From Glaucostegus cemiculus (lineage: Eukaryota), in the NCBI GenBank assembly GCA_976551045.1, contig CDPCPM010000037.1:14012001-14076000 (forward strand): a stretch of DNA of 64,000 bases, written 5' to 3'. The notes beneath the pieces are model-generated. The model searched no databases and was not told where the DNA came from. It saw only the letters and a program-made list of their open reading frames with translations. Positions 12,800 to 24,349 of the stretch are shown in pieces. Both the position numbers and the translations under genes were made by a program. Every line of letters starts with the position of its first letter. Position 1 is the first letter of the stretch.

Positions 12800-14530
12800 G
12801 ACTTTCCAACAGCAAAGTCAGGCAGCATCACTGACAACAGCCCATCCCTTCCCAATGAGCTTAACACATTCTATGCATGTTTTGAACAGAAGGGGATTGG
12901 AATGTCACCAGCCACCCTGACAGCCTCCAATGCAACTGAACCCACAGTCACCATTGCAAGTGTGAGGTCAATCTTCTAGACAGTGAACCTGCAGAATGCA
13001 ATTGACCCAGATGGTATACCTGGCTGTACCTTACATCTTGTACAGATCAGCTGGCGGGATATATGCAGGCATTTTTAATCTCTCCCTGCTTCAATCTGAG
13101 GTTCCCTCCTGCTTTAAGAATACCCAGTAAGTATCACCCCAGTACCTAAGAAAAACAAGGTAACATACCTGCGTAACTACTGCCTGATGGCTCTGACATC
13201 CATGGAGTGTTTCGAGAAGCTGGTCATGGCACACATCAACCCCAGCCTCCTCGACAGCCTCGGCCCACTGTAATTCGGCTACCGCTGAAACAGGTCTATG
13301 GTGAACGCATCTCCCTGGCCCTACAGTCATCTCTGGAGCATCTGGACAGTAAAGACACCTACTTTAGACTATCGTTTATTGACTACAGCTCCGCCTTCAA
13401 TACTATAATTCTAAGCAAACTCATCACCAAACTCCTAAACCTGGGACTCAATACCTCCCTTTGCAACTGGATCCTTGATTTCCTGACCAACAGACCACAA
13501 TCAGCAAGGATAGGCAGCAACACCCCGACTTCAATTATTCTCAACACTGGTGCCCCACAAAGCTGCATCCTCAGTCCGCTATTCTACTCCCTACACACTC
13601 ATGACTGTATGGCCAGATTCTGCTCTAACTCCATCTACAAGTTTGTAGATGATTCCACCTTAGTGGGCTATATCTAAAATAATGAGTCGGAGTATAGGAA
13701 GGAGGTAGAGAATCTAGTAACAAGGTGTCATGACAAAAACAACCTTTCCCTCAATGTCAGCAAAACAAAAGAGCTAGTCATTGACTTCAGGAAGGGGGGT
13801 GATGCACATGCACCTGTCTATGTCAACGGTGCTGAGGTTCAGAGGGTTGAGAGTTTCAAGTTCCTAGGAGCGAACATCAGCTAGTGCCTGTCCTGGTCCA
13901 ACCATGTTGACATCACGGCCAAGAAAGCTCACCAGCGCTTCTACTTCCTCAGGAGGTTAAAGAAATTTGGCATGTCCCCTTTCACCCCCACTGATATTTA
14001 TCGATGCACCATGGAAATCATCCTATCTGGATGCATCATGGCTTGGTAAGGCAACTGTTCTGCCCATGGCTGTAAAAAACTGCAGAGAGCTGTGGACACT
14101 GTTCAGTACATCACAGAAACCAGCCTCCCCTCCATGGACTCTGTATCTTTGCTGCCTCAGTAAAGCAGCCAGCATAATCAAAGATCCCACTCACCCTGGA
14201 CATTCTCTCTTTTCTCCTCTACCATCAGGTAGACAGTACAAGATCCACCAGGCTCAAGTACAGCTATCCTGCTGTTTTAAGACTATTGAAAGGTTCCCTT
14301 GTATGATAAGGTGGACTCTTGACCTCACAATCTACCTTGTTGTGACCCTGCACCTTACTGTCTACCTGCATTGCACTTTCTCTATACTATAACACTTTAT
14401 TCTGCACTCATGTTGTTTACCTTGTACTACGTCAATGCACTGTTGTAATGAATTGAGTTGCATAGACGGTATGCAAGACAAGTTTTTCACTGTACCTCGG
14501 TACATGTGACACTAATAAACCAATTTACAC
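12800..14530 (+). mobile_element. Rex1/Babar-like LINE, 5'-truncated, disrupted RT
   Basis: SLPNELNTFYACFE; [12 protein letters not shown]; [23 protein letters not shown]; KFVDD; IIKDPTHPGHSLFSPLPSGRQY. The 3' tail is GTACATGTGACACTAATAAACCAATT. Confidence 0.92.
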
Positions 14531-16539
14531 CTTCATTTCTGTAAATGAATAAAAGGAAATAAAATATAGTGGAAATAAAACCATCTCATGCTCAGTAAAG
14601 TCATTAATGTGGAAGCGGTGACAATTCTGTAGCTATTTAAATCAGACTGAAAAACAGCTACTGACCTAAGTAATCACAAGCTTAATAAGCATCTCTTCTG
14701 TGTGAGTAAAGATGCATAGATAAATAGGAAAATGGCTGTGACACAAACTTCACTCAGTTATTATAATTTGATTTCAAGTGGATTCTTTTGGTTATATTTC
14801 AGTGGATATTTCAAGGTTTCACCTTTTATAAGAATCACCATTACCAGTGCCAAGCATGTTAATTAGATTTGGTAAATCCAACAGTTCAGAACCATTACTT
14901 CATACTTATGGTTGTTCAGGCAAAATTCTACACTTTAAAAAAAAATTCATATGAACGATTATTATAGTACTGGCCTTCAATTTCATTAACATAGATAAGG
15001 TCATCCTGGCAGGAGCCAGATGAATCACCCAGACAATGTTAATAGAATGTAATTAAAGCCTGCAACTTTGATTGATGAGCTGTAAATGTTTATCACAACA
15101 ATATTCATTTTTAAGAGTTCAGCAAAAGTGAAGACTGATGAAAGAGTGAAATTTTCCTTTGAGCAATTGTCTTGTTCAGCAACTAATGTCAGCCATTTAA
15201 AGTACCAAAACTATTCCCACTCTTTCATTACCATTTCCTCAATATTGACATCCCAGGAGTTTTTGGGACAAGCACTATTAGTTCATCATTAATAGTTTGG
15301 TGCTGCTTGACATTTTAACCAAGGTGGGTGAGCCCAAAATCTATCAATGACCCAGAATTGAGCAAGTCAGAATATTTCAACTTAGTACTACCCGACTGAA
15401 AGAAGAAGCTTAATGGGTTAATCTCCCACTCCTCACTACCTGACTAGGCTGCAAGGCCAGAAAGATGTATCTGACAATTGACACCCCATGACAGGTCAAT
15501 CCCTCTTACTATCAATACAGATTGAGTATAATATTGAGTTTCAAAAGCTTTGCAGTGCAGATGCCAAAATATGAAATGATAGATGTAACTGATATCATCC
15601 TCTTCTAAAGTGGTCAAGTGGATGATAAAACCAGCTACTGTTCTGCCTGTTCCCCAGGTCTCTATCGCCAGCTTCCTTCAGGGACAATGGGTGGTTTCTG
15701 GCTATAGTTCAAAACACTTCACATCAATTCCCAACACAGGCCCTCCTCTGGTTCCTGAGAACTACTCATAACCTGAACAGTTCACAAGCTGGAAATGTGT
15801 ACTGCCCAGCAATATATTTAAATAAAAACATAGGACAACCAAGGGCAGTGTGCAATTAAACCAGGATGTTTAACTCAATCATTCAGACTTATCTGCAAGA
15901 TGCAAAGAAATTGCCGTAAACCAAGTGCCCACATGGCAGAAGATACCTGCAGCCACACAGCAGCTGGCAAATTCATCCCGCTGGTCTCTCAAATTCTCAT
16001 TTATAACCTGGGGAGGACCTCTATGGGGGAAAATATACTAGAAATAAATTCAAATAGGAAAGATTCTGCCAGCACACGGAAGGAGTTAGAAGACAGCTTC
16101 AGGACATTGAAACATTGATAGATGTTAGTGTGAAGGGAGGTAGGAATTAGAATAGTGCTTTGAAAAGAAAAAAATTATTCAAACATTTGCAATCGATTTT
16201 GGGTTAAAATAAAGAACTGCACCCTCAAACCTCACAAGCCATGATCTGTGCCCTCATACCAACCAAAATGACCTCTTAGAAGCACCATTGCCCAACAGCT
16301 GTTGCTAGGTACACAATGTGCTGTACACTACACTGAGCCACACAGATGACAAAAGATTCAAGTTCCTGGCATGTTGCTGAACCCTGGTATCAATAGCCTC
16401 TGTACACCTGCCCTCCATCAGGCAGAAAATCAGCTGTGATTCTCTTATTTATTATCCTGCAACCCTGCTTGAAGGGAAATGGGTGAGAGCAGGACTGGAG
16501 TTGGCACCGATCTCACTATTACAAGGGTTCACATTCCAA

Positions 16540-16950
16540 AGAGAACACAAGCACAGAAGCAGGAGTAGATCTGCTGGCCCCTCAAACCTGCCCCACCATT
16601 CAAGAAGATGATGGTCAATGAACTCATATCCTCAAAGCCACCTTCCTGCTCTCTCCCCCATACCCCTCAACTCCCTTGTGGTTTGAATGCCTGTCAATCT
16701 CCATGCTGAATATTTTCAGTGATACTCCACCCACAGATCTCTGGATCAGACAATTCCTAATAGTAACTGTTCTTGGAGAAAAGTAATTCCTCTGTCACCA
16801 CCTGAAATGGATGACCACTTATTATGAAACTTTGCCCCCTAGTTTTAGATATTCTTCCCCCTCCCAGAGAAAACATCCTTTCAGCATTATTCTGTCAGTG
16901 CCCCTCAGGATCTTGTGTTTCAATGAGATCACTTCTCATTCTTCTATACT
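16540..16950 (-). mobile_element. Old CR1 LINE 3' fragment
   Basis: Parallels 17290-17700 (AGGAGTAG...CCACCATTCAAGAAGAT...CTCATTCTTCTATACTCC). Confidence 0.7.
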
Positions 16951-16964
16951 CCAGCGAGAGAACA

Positions 16965-17263
16965 GATGCTCAAGACAAGAGGGCATGGCTTTAAGGTTAT
17001 GGGTGGGAAGTTCAGGGGAGATGTTAGAGGGAGGTTTTCCAGCCAGAGAGTGGTTGGTGCATGGAATGTGCTGCCTGGGGTGGTGGTGGACGCAGATACG
17101 TTGGACAGTTTCAAGAGATTGTTGGATAAGCATATGGAGGAATGTGGGATAGAGGGATATTTGTGAGGAAAGGGTTAGATAGTGTGAGGTGTGGTTTGAT
17201 GGACTGCACAACATGGTGGGCTGAAGGGCCTGTATTGTGCTGTATTGTTCTATGGTTCTATGG
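16965..17263 (+). mobile_element. Young CR1 LINE 3' end
   Basis: KTRGHGFKVMGGKFRGDVRGRFSSQRVVGAWNVLP...FKRLLDKHM, with tail GTTCTATGGTTCTATGG. Same subfamily as 39290 and 55600. Confidence 0.9.
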
Positions 17264-17289
17264 AAGTGCATTTAACATTTGTAACTAAG

Positions 17290-18640
17290 AATATAAGAAC
17301 ATAAGAAATAGGAGCAGGAGTAGGCCATCCGGCCTGTCCAGTCTGCTCTACCATTCAATAAGATTATGGCTGATCTGGCCGTGGACTCAAATCCACCTGT
17401 CTGCATTTTCCCCATAACCCTTAATTCCTCTACTATGCAAAAATCTATCTGTGTCTTAAGTATATTTAATGAGGTAGCATCTACTGCTTCCCTAGGCAGA
17501 GAATTCCACAGATTCACCACTCCCTGGGAAAAGCAGTTCCTCTTCATCTCTGTCCTAAATCTACTCCCCGAATCTTGAGGCTGTGTCCTCTAGTTCTAGT
17601 CCCACCTACCAGTGGAAACTACCTTCCTGCCTCCAACTTATCTATCCCTTTCCTAATTTTAGATGTTTCTATAAGATCCCTTCTCATTCTCACAACCGGT
17701 TCAGCCTTTCTTTATATGTTCAAGATTCAAGATTGCTTTATTGTCATTGAGCCGTTGAGACAACAGAACAACGAGATTTCATTGACACTTCCATGTCAAA
17801 CAATAGGCACAGTACTTAAATATTAAATAAATAGAGAATAAATTAAGTTAGAGTTTACACTGTAGGGTTTACTTGATGTATTAGAGGGAGAGAGAGAAGA
17901 AACGAGAAAGAACTAGTGCAAACTGTGAAATTTAAAGTCCTTGTTTAAGATTTTCACGGCGCTGGGGAAGAAGCTATTCCTCAATCTGGCCGTGGATGTG
18001 TGGAATGTCCTGAAGCGTTTCTTTGAGGGGAGCAGACTGAAGAGGTGATGGGCCAGGTGGGAAGAGTCCTTAATGATGTTTGTAGCCTTGTTCAGACACT
18101 GGGACTCATAAATGTCCGCCAATGCGGGTAGGCGCACCCATGTGATCTTCCGTGCCGTGTCAATCACCCTTGTTAACTCCTTCATTCCAGGAATCAGCCT
18201 AGTGAACCATCTCCGCAAGTCCCTATTACAAGCACATTTTTCTTTAAATATGGAGTTAAAAACAGTATGCAGTTCTCCAGGTGTGGTCCCACCAATGCCC
18301 TGTAAAGTTGCAGCAAAACCTTCTGACTTTTAATACACCATCCCCCTTGCAATAAACATCAACATTTCATTAGATTTTCCAATTAAGTACTTACTGCATG
18401 CTAACCTTTTGTGTTTCATGTACTAGACCCTAAATTCCCATTGTCTTGCAACATTTTGAGGTTTTGTTCCTTTTAGATAATGATTTGCTTTCTCTTGCTT
18501 CTTCCAAAGTGGATAAACTCAGGTTTTCGCACATTAACACCCCCATCTGTCAACATTGATCCACATTTTTCCTTTTGTAGGCTTTTTTGTGTCCTTCCCT
18601 CAATTTACTAACCCAACTACCTTTGCATCTTTGGTGCTTT
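17290..18640 (-). mobile_element. CR1 LINE 3' fragment interrupted by a Rex-like insertion
   Basis: NCFSQGVVNLWNSLPREAV and RRWFTRLIPGMKEL. The tail reads (ATAAGA) repeats on the + strand at 17290-17308. Confidence 0.85.
17719..18170 (-). mobile_element. Young Rex1/Babar-like LINE, inverted twin of 7169-7608
   Basis: IIKDSSHLAHHLFSLLPSKKRFRTFHTSTARLRNSFFPSAVKILN, with the same 3'UTR and (ATCTTGA)2 tail. Confidence 0.88.
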
Positions 18641-19419
18641 GAGGGGCGGATGGCATCGGTGAAAACCATCTGTGCAAAAGTCAACTCAGTGGGTACTGGG
18701 CGAATACACCAATCAGTTCATTTTCTGCTCTGCCTAGTTTAGGCTCTTGGTGGCGCTGCAGCACAAGTTTTTGCTGTTCATACTGCAGAACCTGATGGTG
18801 ATGGCTAATTTAATACACCTTGAACTTTTTAAATGTAAAATAGATTGTTTTGAGTCTCTCTGCCTGGATCAATAGTTAAGCATAAAGGATCTTTTATCCA
18901 CAAAGTATTGTCATGGCTCGTATTCCATCTACAGTGTAGACTGAGTTTATAAAATTAAGATAGTCAATTACTGGCTTTCCTTATTCCCAAGAAAGTGCCC
19001 AAGTTAATAGTGTGAGGCCCTGCTGTGGGACATTTGAGTCTCAAATTGCATTGGGAGGTGGAGACTGTGAATTCTCGCGGTGTTGAATTGAGGTGGAAAG
19101 AAATCCCCAGGGTCTAAATGACCAACTTCTCCGCAGTGTCTCTTGCAGAAAGTGCATGCAGTTTGGCACATATTATGCTCTTGAGAGACTAGTTGTTCTC
19201 CATTGTCTGTGCTGAACCTGGAAGGTGGTATGAAGGAAATACACATTTATACTCCCATAATCATTTAAACCTCTTTTGCAAATTAAACATTTCTTCCAAA
19301 TCATGAACCATCCCAAAGCTGTGATCAATACTGACAGCCTATGTTCTAGTTAGTGGGAATGCAGGGAGGCGCAGAGCATCACAGGGCAAAGACTTATGAG
19401 GGACCCAACGTTGACCATT

Positions 19420-20160
19420 TCATCTCATTCATCCTAAAAAATATCCCATCCCAGGTGACAGTGACTGTCCTTGATATTAAAGCAACATTTCATTGCATGG
19501 GGCATCAACGTGTCCTGGCAAATCAGAAATCAAAAGGCATGAAGGAGAAAACACTTAATTGCTTTTAAAGAAAGATGATCCTAGTTATTGGAGGTCAGTC
19601 ATTAACCTCAAGATATCACTACAGGAATTCCTCAAGATAGTATTTTAGGCCTAACCATTTTTCAGTTGCCCCATCAATGACTTTCCTTCCAACTAATGAT
19701 TGCACATTGTTCTGCTCCAGTTGTAGTTCCTCAGAAAATGAACCAGCCCAAAATGAACTGCCTGAATGCAATAGGACCAAGACAGCATTCAGGAATGGGT
19801 TAATGAATGGCAAGTAATATTTGCACAATATAAATGCCTATGATCATCTCCAACACCACCTACCCTTGACATTCAATGACATTACCCTCAGTGAGACCCC
19901 ACCAGAAGGCATATGAGAATGTCACCACTTGCAAATTCTCCTGTGTCACAAACCCTTCTGGGCTGGAAATATATTGTCTTTCCTTCATAGTTAGTGAATC
20001 TAACTCCAGGAGCCCTCGCCCAACATCAGTGTTGAAAACCTTCACTAGAAAAAAAAATAGCATTTTAAAAGGTGGTTTATGACACATTTTTAGCAGCTGC
20101 CTAGGTGTATAGAAGCTTAAAGGCCCACTAGGAATGGACAATAAATTCTGGCCTTTTCTC
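19420..20160 (+). mobile_element. Decayed CR1/L2-group LINE (same family as 4320-5380)
   Basis: CTTGATATTAAAGCAACATTT (LDIKATF) and CAGGAATTCCTCAAGATAGTATTTTAGGCC (GIPQDSILG). The tail is GGAATGGACAATAAATTCTGGCCTT. Confidence 0.7.
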
Positions 20161-20224
20161 TAAGAAATATGTTATCAACTGCTTCTAGTGATCAAATGAT
20201 GACATAACCTTAAATATTGATGTA

Positions 20225-20330
20225 AAAACAGAAAATGCAGGAAAAGCTCAACAGCTCAGGAGGAACAGTTAATGTTTCAGATTGAAAACCCTTCATCAGA
20301 ACTGAGAAAGAGAGAAAACAAGTCATTTCA
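20225..20330 (-). mobile_element. Penelope-type terminal repeat
   Basis: ACAGAAAATGCAGGAAAAGCTCAACAG...GTTTCAGATTGAAAACCCTTCATCAG, which contains the hammerhead core. Confidence 0.7.
20266..20304 (-). ncRNA. Minimal type I hammerhead ribozyme motif (probably weakened)
   Basis: Minus strand CAGTT-CTGATGA-AGGGTTTTCAATCT-GAAA-CATT-AACTG: stem I CAGUU/AACUG, CUGAUGA and GAAA core boxes, and an imperfect stem II. Confidence 0.65.
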
Positions 20331-20499
20331 GGTAGCTAAGTTGGGGGAGTGCAATAAGTCTGCGATAGGGTGGAATAATGTAGCCATTACATGGGCAGTT
20401 AAGCTCCGCTAGTCTGTGTAATGTGTTGCTACACACTGAGACACTTAATAAAACTGTTCAGCTGACAGTATTCTTATCATATATGTACACATGAGTCAC

Positions 20500-21072
20500 A
20501 AATGCACTCAAGGTTCTCATCTAGTCCCAGCCACTCCTCTTATTTGTACAGTCATGGGCAAGAGTCAGTTGGATTATTGTATTTCGTCAAGGAAGATTTG
20601 AGTAAATCCTTGAATCTTTTCCTCTGCCTGCTTTGTGATGTCTTCCCATGGCAGAGCTCACAATAGAGCTTGCTTCGGGCAACGGGTATGAAAAGCAATG
20701 TGGCTGACCAACGTGGCTGGCCGCATGTAACTAGGGCCTCCATGCCAGGGATGTTGGCCTAGGGTGGTTTGAATATCCTCCCAGCAGAGTTAGAGGATTT
20801 TGCAGGGGCAGTGTTGGAGACATTCTTCCATTATCTTGAGATGCTTGCTCTATTTAGTCCATGTCTCTGAAGCATTTTGGAGGACATGCATGTGTGGTAT
20901 AAGAAGCAGACCACTTTGCAAACTATCAATTAGCTTGACCTATCAGTCACTACCTGCCCATCTATGGAAGGCTGCGGTTCCCACATTAGCTCATCAGCCA
21001 CCTCAGCACTCACAAAGCTGGAGGGGAAGCAAGTCAAACATTAATCTCAAGGGACTGCCTAAGAAGGAAGAT
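20500..21072. mobile_element. RTE-clade LINE 3' fragment with inverted 5' part
   Basis: 20500-20876 on the minus strand reads ASETWT...ELCHGKTSQSRQRKRFKDLLKSSL...ENLE. 20872-21072 on the plus strand carries the terminal C2H2-like region and the tail GGGACTGCCTAAGAAGGAAGA. Confidence 0.75.
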
Positions 21073-21329
21073 ACTACGTCACTGCTCTTTAAGTTTCTGT
21101 CTTTAGTCTCCTCAAAGTTTTCTTTCTTCAACTACTTTGAAAGAGTAAGACTGAATGTCTGGCCAATTCCTTTTTTTCCGAAGGAATGAACAGACCCTTC
21201 TCTGGAGCTAAAGATTAGTTATAACCTGCTCTATGCAGTAACATACTGCTAAACTGAATAATTTGGTCAAGATCCTTGGAATAAACTTGTGATAAAAACA
21301 CAACATAATTGGTATTTTGGTGCAAAACT

Positions 21330-21483
21330 AAAATAATCTGCTGGAGGAACTCAGCAGATTGAGCAGCCTCTGTGGGGTGGGGGGTGGAGGTGGGGGAAGT
21401 AATTGCCCATGTTCCAGCTTGAAATCTTGCATCGGGTTGCTCCCTTGCTCTGCATCCCAGCATCTGCAGTCTCTTGTGTCTCT
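21330..21483. mobile_element. Penelope-type terminal repeat, two pieces in opposite orientation
   Basis: CTGCTGGAGGAACTCAGCAG... followed by the inverted piece CCAGCATCTGCAGTCTCTTGTGTCTC (compare 38048-38110). Confidence 0.6.
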
Positions 21484-22367
21484 ATTTTACAATTTTTACT
21501 TTCTCCTGTACAGTTAGGGTCATACGTCCTAATGACATTGAGTGCAATTTATAGGAGGGAATAAAAGCTCCTTCAGGACTTCAAGGATAAAATAAGGATT
21601 TCTGTGGCAAATCCCAGTGGAAACAGAGCCCTGTGGAGTGTGGAATCCAGTTATGGGTCATCTTCCGGAATCTGACTCCTCTCCAGTGCTGATTTCCCTT
21701 GATTATCATCTTTTTAAAAATATTATGACTTTCAAGGATATTCTATTAGTTTTCTTTTGCAGGAGAAGTTGAATCATAGAGAAGTGCATGCCTTCTCTCC
21801 CTTGTTTCTGAATTTGATAGCCATGAATTCAGTACACTATTCTACAATAATTTTACACTTCCTAAGTTGCAGTAATTTGATTTGATTTCATTTAGCCATG
21901 CCTGTCAGAAGTTGACAACAGTAAATTAAAATTGCGTTGAAAATAAACATGTATTATCTAAATTCCGACTGGATCCAGACATTCTATTTTCTACGCAATT
22001 TTAATACTGTCCACATGATGGCATTAATATACATAATTTTACTGACAACTTCTCTACTTATCTGCCTCCTTAATTATAACACTGGTTTTTCATATAATGC
22101 ACAGTTTCTGTACACACAATTTCTACTGCTTTATTAGTCTTCAGTGACTCTTAAATATCAGAATTATACTTTCTCCAAATGTACTCCAACTTCCTATTTG
22201 TATCTCAGAGTAAGTATATTTCTGCACTTTCTCTTGCCCTTCTACCAAATCATTTATTGAACCATGCACATATAAATATCATGAAAGAAATATTTAACAG
22301 TGCAGAGAAGTTTTGTGCATGACTATAAAGTTGGATCTGTTTTATGAAATGGAATATTCAGACATAT

Positions 22368-22478
22368 TTGGAGCAACAAACAAACCGTCTACTGGAGGAA
22401 CTCAAGAGTGTCAAGCAGCATCTGTGGCAGGAAAGAAATTGTTGACATTTCGGGTTGAAACCCTGTGTCAGGATTTGT
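22368..22478 (-). mobile_element. Penelope-type terminal repeat with decayed hammerhead
   Basis: CTGGAGGAACTCAAGAGTGTCAAGCAGCATCTGTGG...GACATTTCGGGTTGAAACCCTGTGTCAGG. Confidence 0.65.
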
Positions 22479-22896
22479 GTCTCCACTCAGACTTTTTTTT
22501 TATATGTCAGATTATATCAGTATCAACATCAGACCTTGAATGCTGAAATAAGACGAAAACTGGAAGCATGTGAGTGTTAGTATTGCAGGTGTAAACCAAG
22601 AAAAATGACTGATTAGTGATTCTTGAAAAAGTGATAAGGTTGATTTCAGTGAGAGAAATTGTAACTTGTGTGGATCCAGTCATTGTGGAGAAAAGTTCAT
22701 TACTGAATGCAAGTCAGACAGGGAAGAACTAAGCTAAATGATTTGATGGACTGGGCAATGATGGATTATTTCAGTTCTTATGTACACACTCAAAAGCATG
22801 GAGGTCATGGTTTTAAACCTTCCGAAATTAGAAAGCCTAAATGAGAGACAGAAGGTTCAAAAGATTATTAGAAGTCATGCTTCATCGGTATTGGTT

Positions 22897-22961
22897 GAGT
22901 GTGTGAGTGTGAGTGTGTGCGTGTGTGCGTGTGTGCGTGTGTGCGTCTCACACATATATAT
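22897..22961 (+). repeat. Imperfect (GT)n/(GTGTGC)n microsatellite
   Basis: Directly visible. Confidence 0.9.
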
Positions 22962-24349
22962 AAATAAAACAAAGGGTATCCATCAGTCTTCAAGATAATA
23001 GCTTGTGCCTCAGTGAAAATCTATCAGGGAACCATAGCAAAACGCTTTTCGCAGGTCAATGCTACCCTGCCATGATGGTGAACCAATCTACTGCATCATT
23101 TTTCAAGTGACACTTTAGGATCAGATGAATTTAAATGGGCCTTTATTCACCTTGTATGACTTTCCAATGTCTGTGTGGTTAGATTACATACAATGCTAAT
23201 CTACATGCAAACTAATGCATAGAAAATATTAGTAGTCATCAATACAGTATGCACAAAAGTATGACTGAAAATTGTGATCCCATAGGATATACTTTTGTTA
23301 TCGTCTCTTGTACGGCTATTGGTTTTTGAATGAAGTAAATCTTTATGTAAATGTGGTTTGCACTAAATCAAGTTAATTTTAAATGGTCTTTACTGAAGTA
23401 AAAATCTGCAACTGTTCAAGGAACTAATTAATTCATATTTTGAAACTTTTTTTGTCAAGGTTTAACATAGGGCCATTTTAAAGAAAGCCAAAGGAATTCA
23501 TGAAAGTATATGAAACCTTAGAAGCTGACACTTTCCGTCTTTCATCAAGGAGTTCAAAGTGAATAAGATATTTCTGGACATCACAATTAACATAATCAGT
23601 CATTTATCACCCGAGGTCATTTGTGATTTATTTACATTATGACATTTATTCAAAACTTGTTCTTTACTGTAATCTTAACCAGGGTATCCCACGAGACAAC
23701 TTTCACAGGCAGTTGATTACATTGACTTGATCTTTATATCAGGAATAATGAGGTCAAAGTTCATGGCCCTTCCAAACTATTCCCATGTAATTTGGGCAGA
23801 TGTACACTGGAGGTATTGAAACTAAGCCAGGACAGACATAAACCTAATCCTGGCTGAAAAATGATTTTCTCAGGGACCCTGTCCCATCCATAGAGGATCA
23901 CTGATGGAACCGGTGAATTGGTTGTCATATCACATAAATGGAAGCAGCTTTGTCTGACTTGTTGAATAGAGGCTCCTGGTGATGGTTTGGTTTGTCTTAG
24001 CTTGGTTCCGGGAAATCTTGACATTATCATTTTACTTAAAATAACTTTAATGCAATGTCAAATCCATGCATGTTTGTAGATGAAAATACATGTTTGCTAT
24101 GGATAATGTAGGAACAAATAAGTTAGGCACTACAAAGCATAGAATCAGAAAAATATATGGTACAGAAGAAAGGTCATTCAATGTATTATAACTTTTCTGA
24201 TAGCTCCCAATGTTGGAAAGAATGGATTTTCTTGCAGTCTCGGATGGAATTAAGAGGAATTTAGATTTCTGATGCTCACCTTGTCCATAGTAAGTCATGC
24301 CCAGAAGAAAGATGAACCAAGACCAGAATCCTCTCCCCAGTAAACATAA

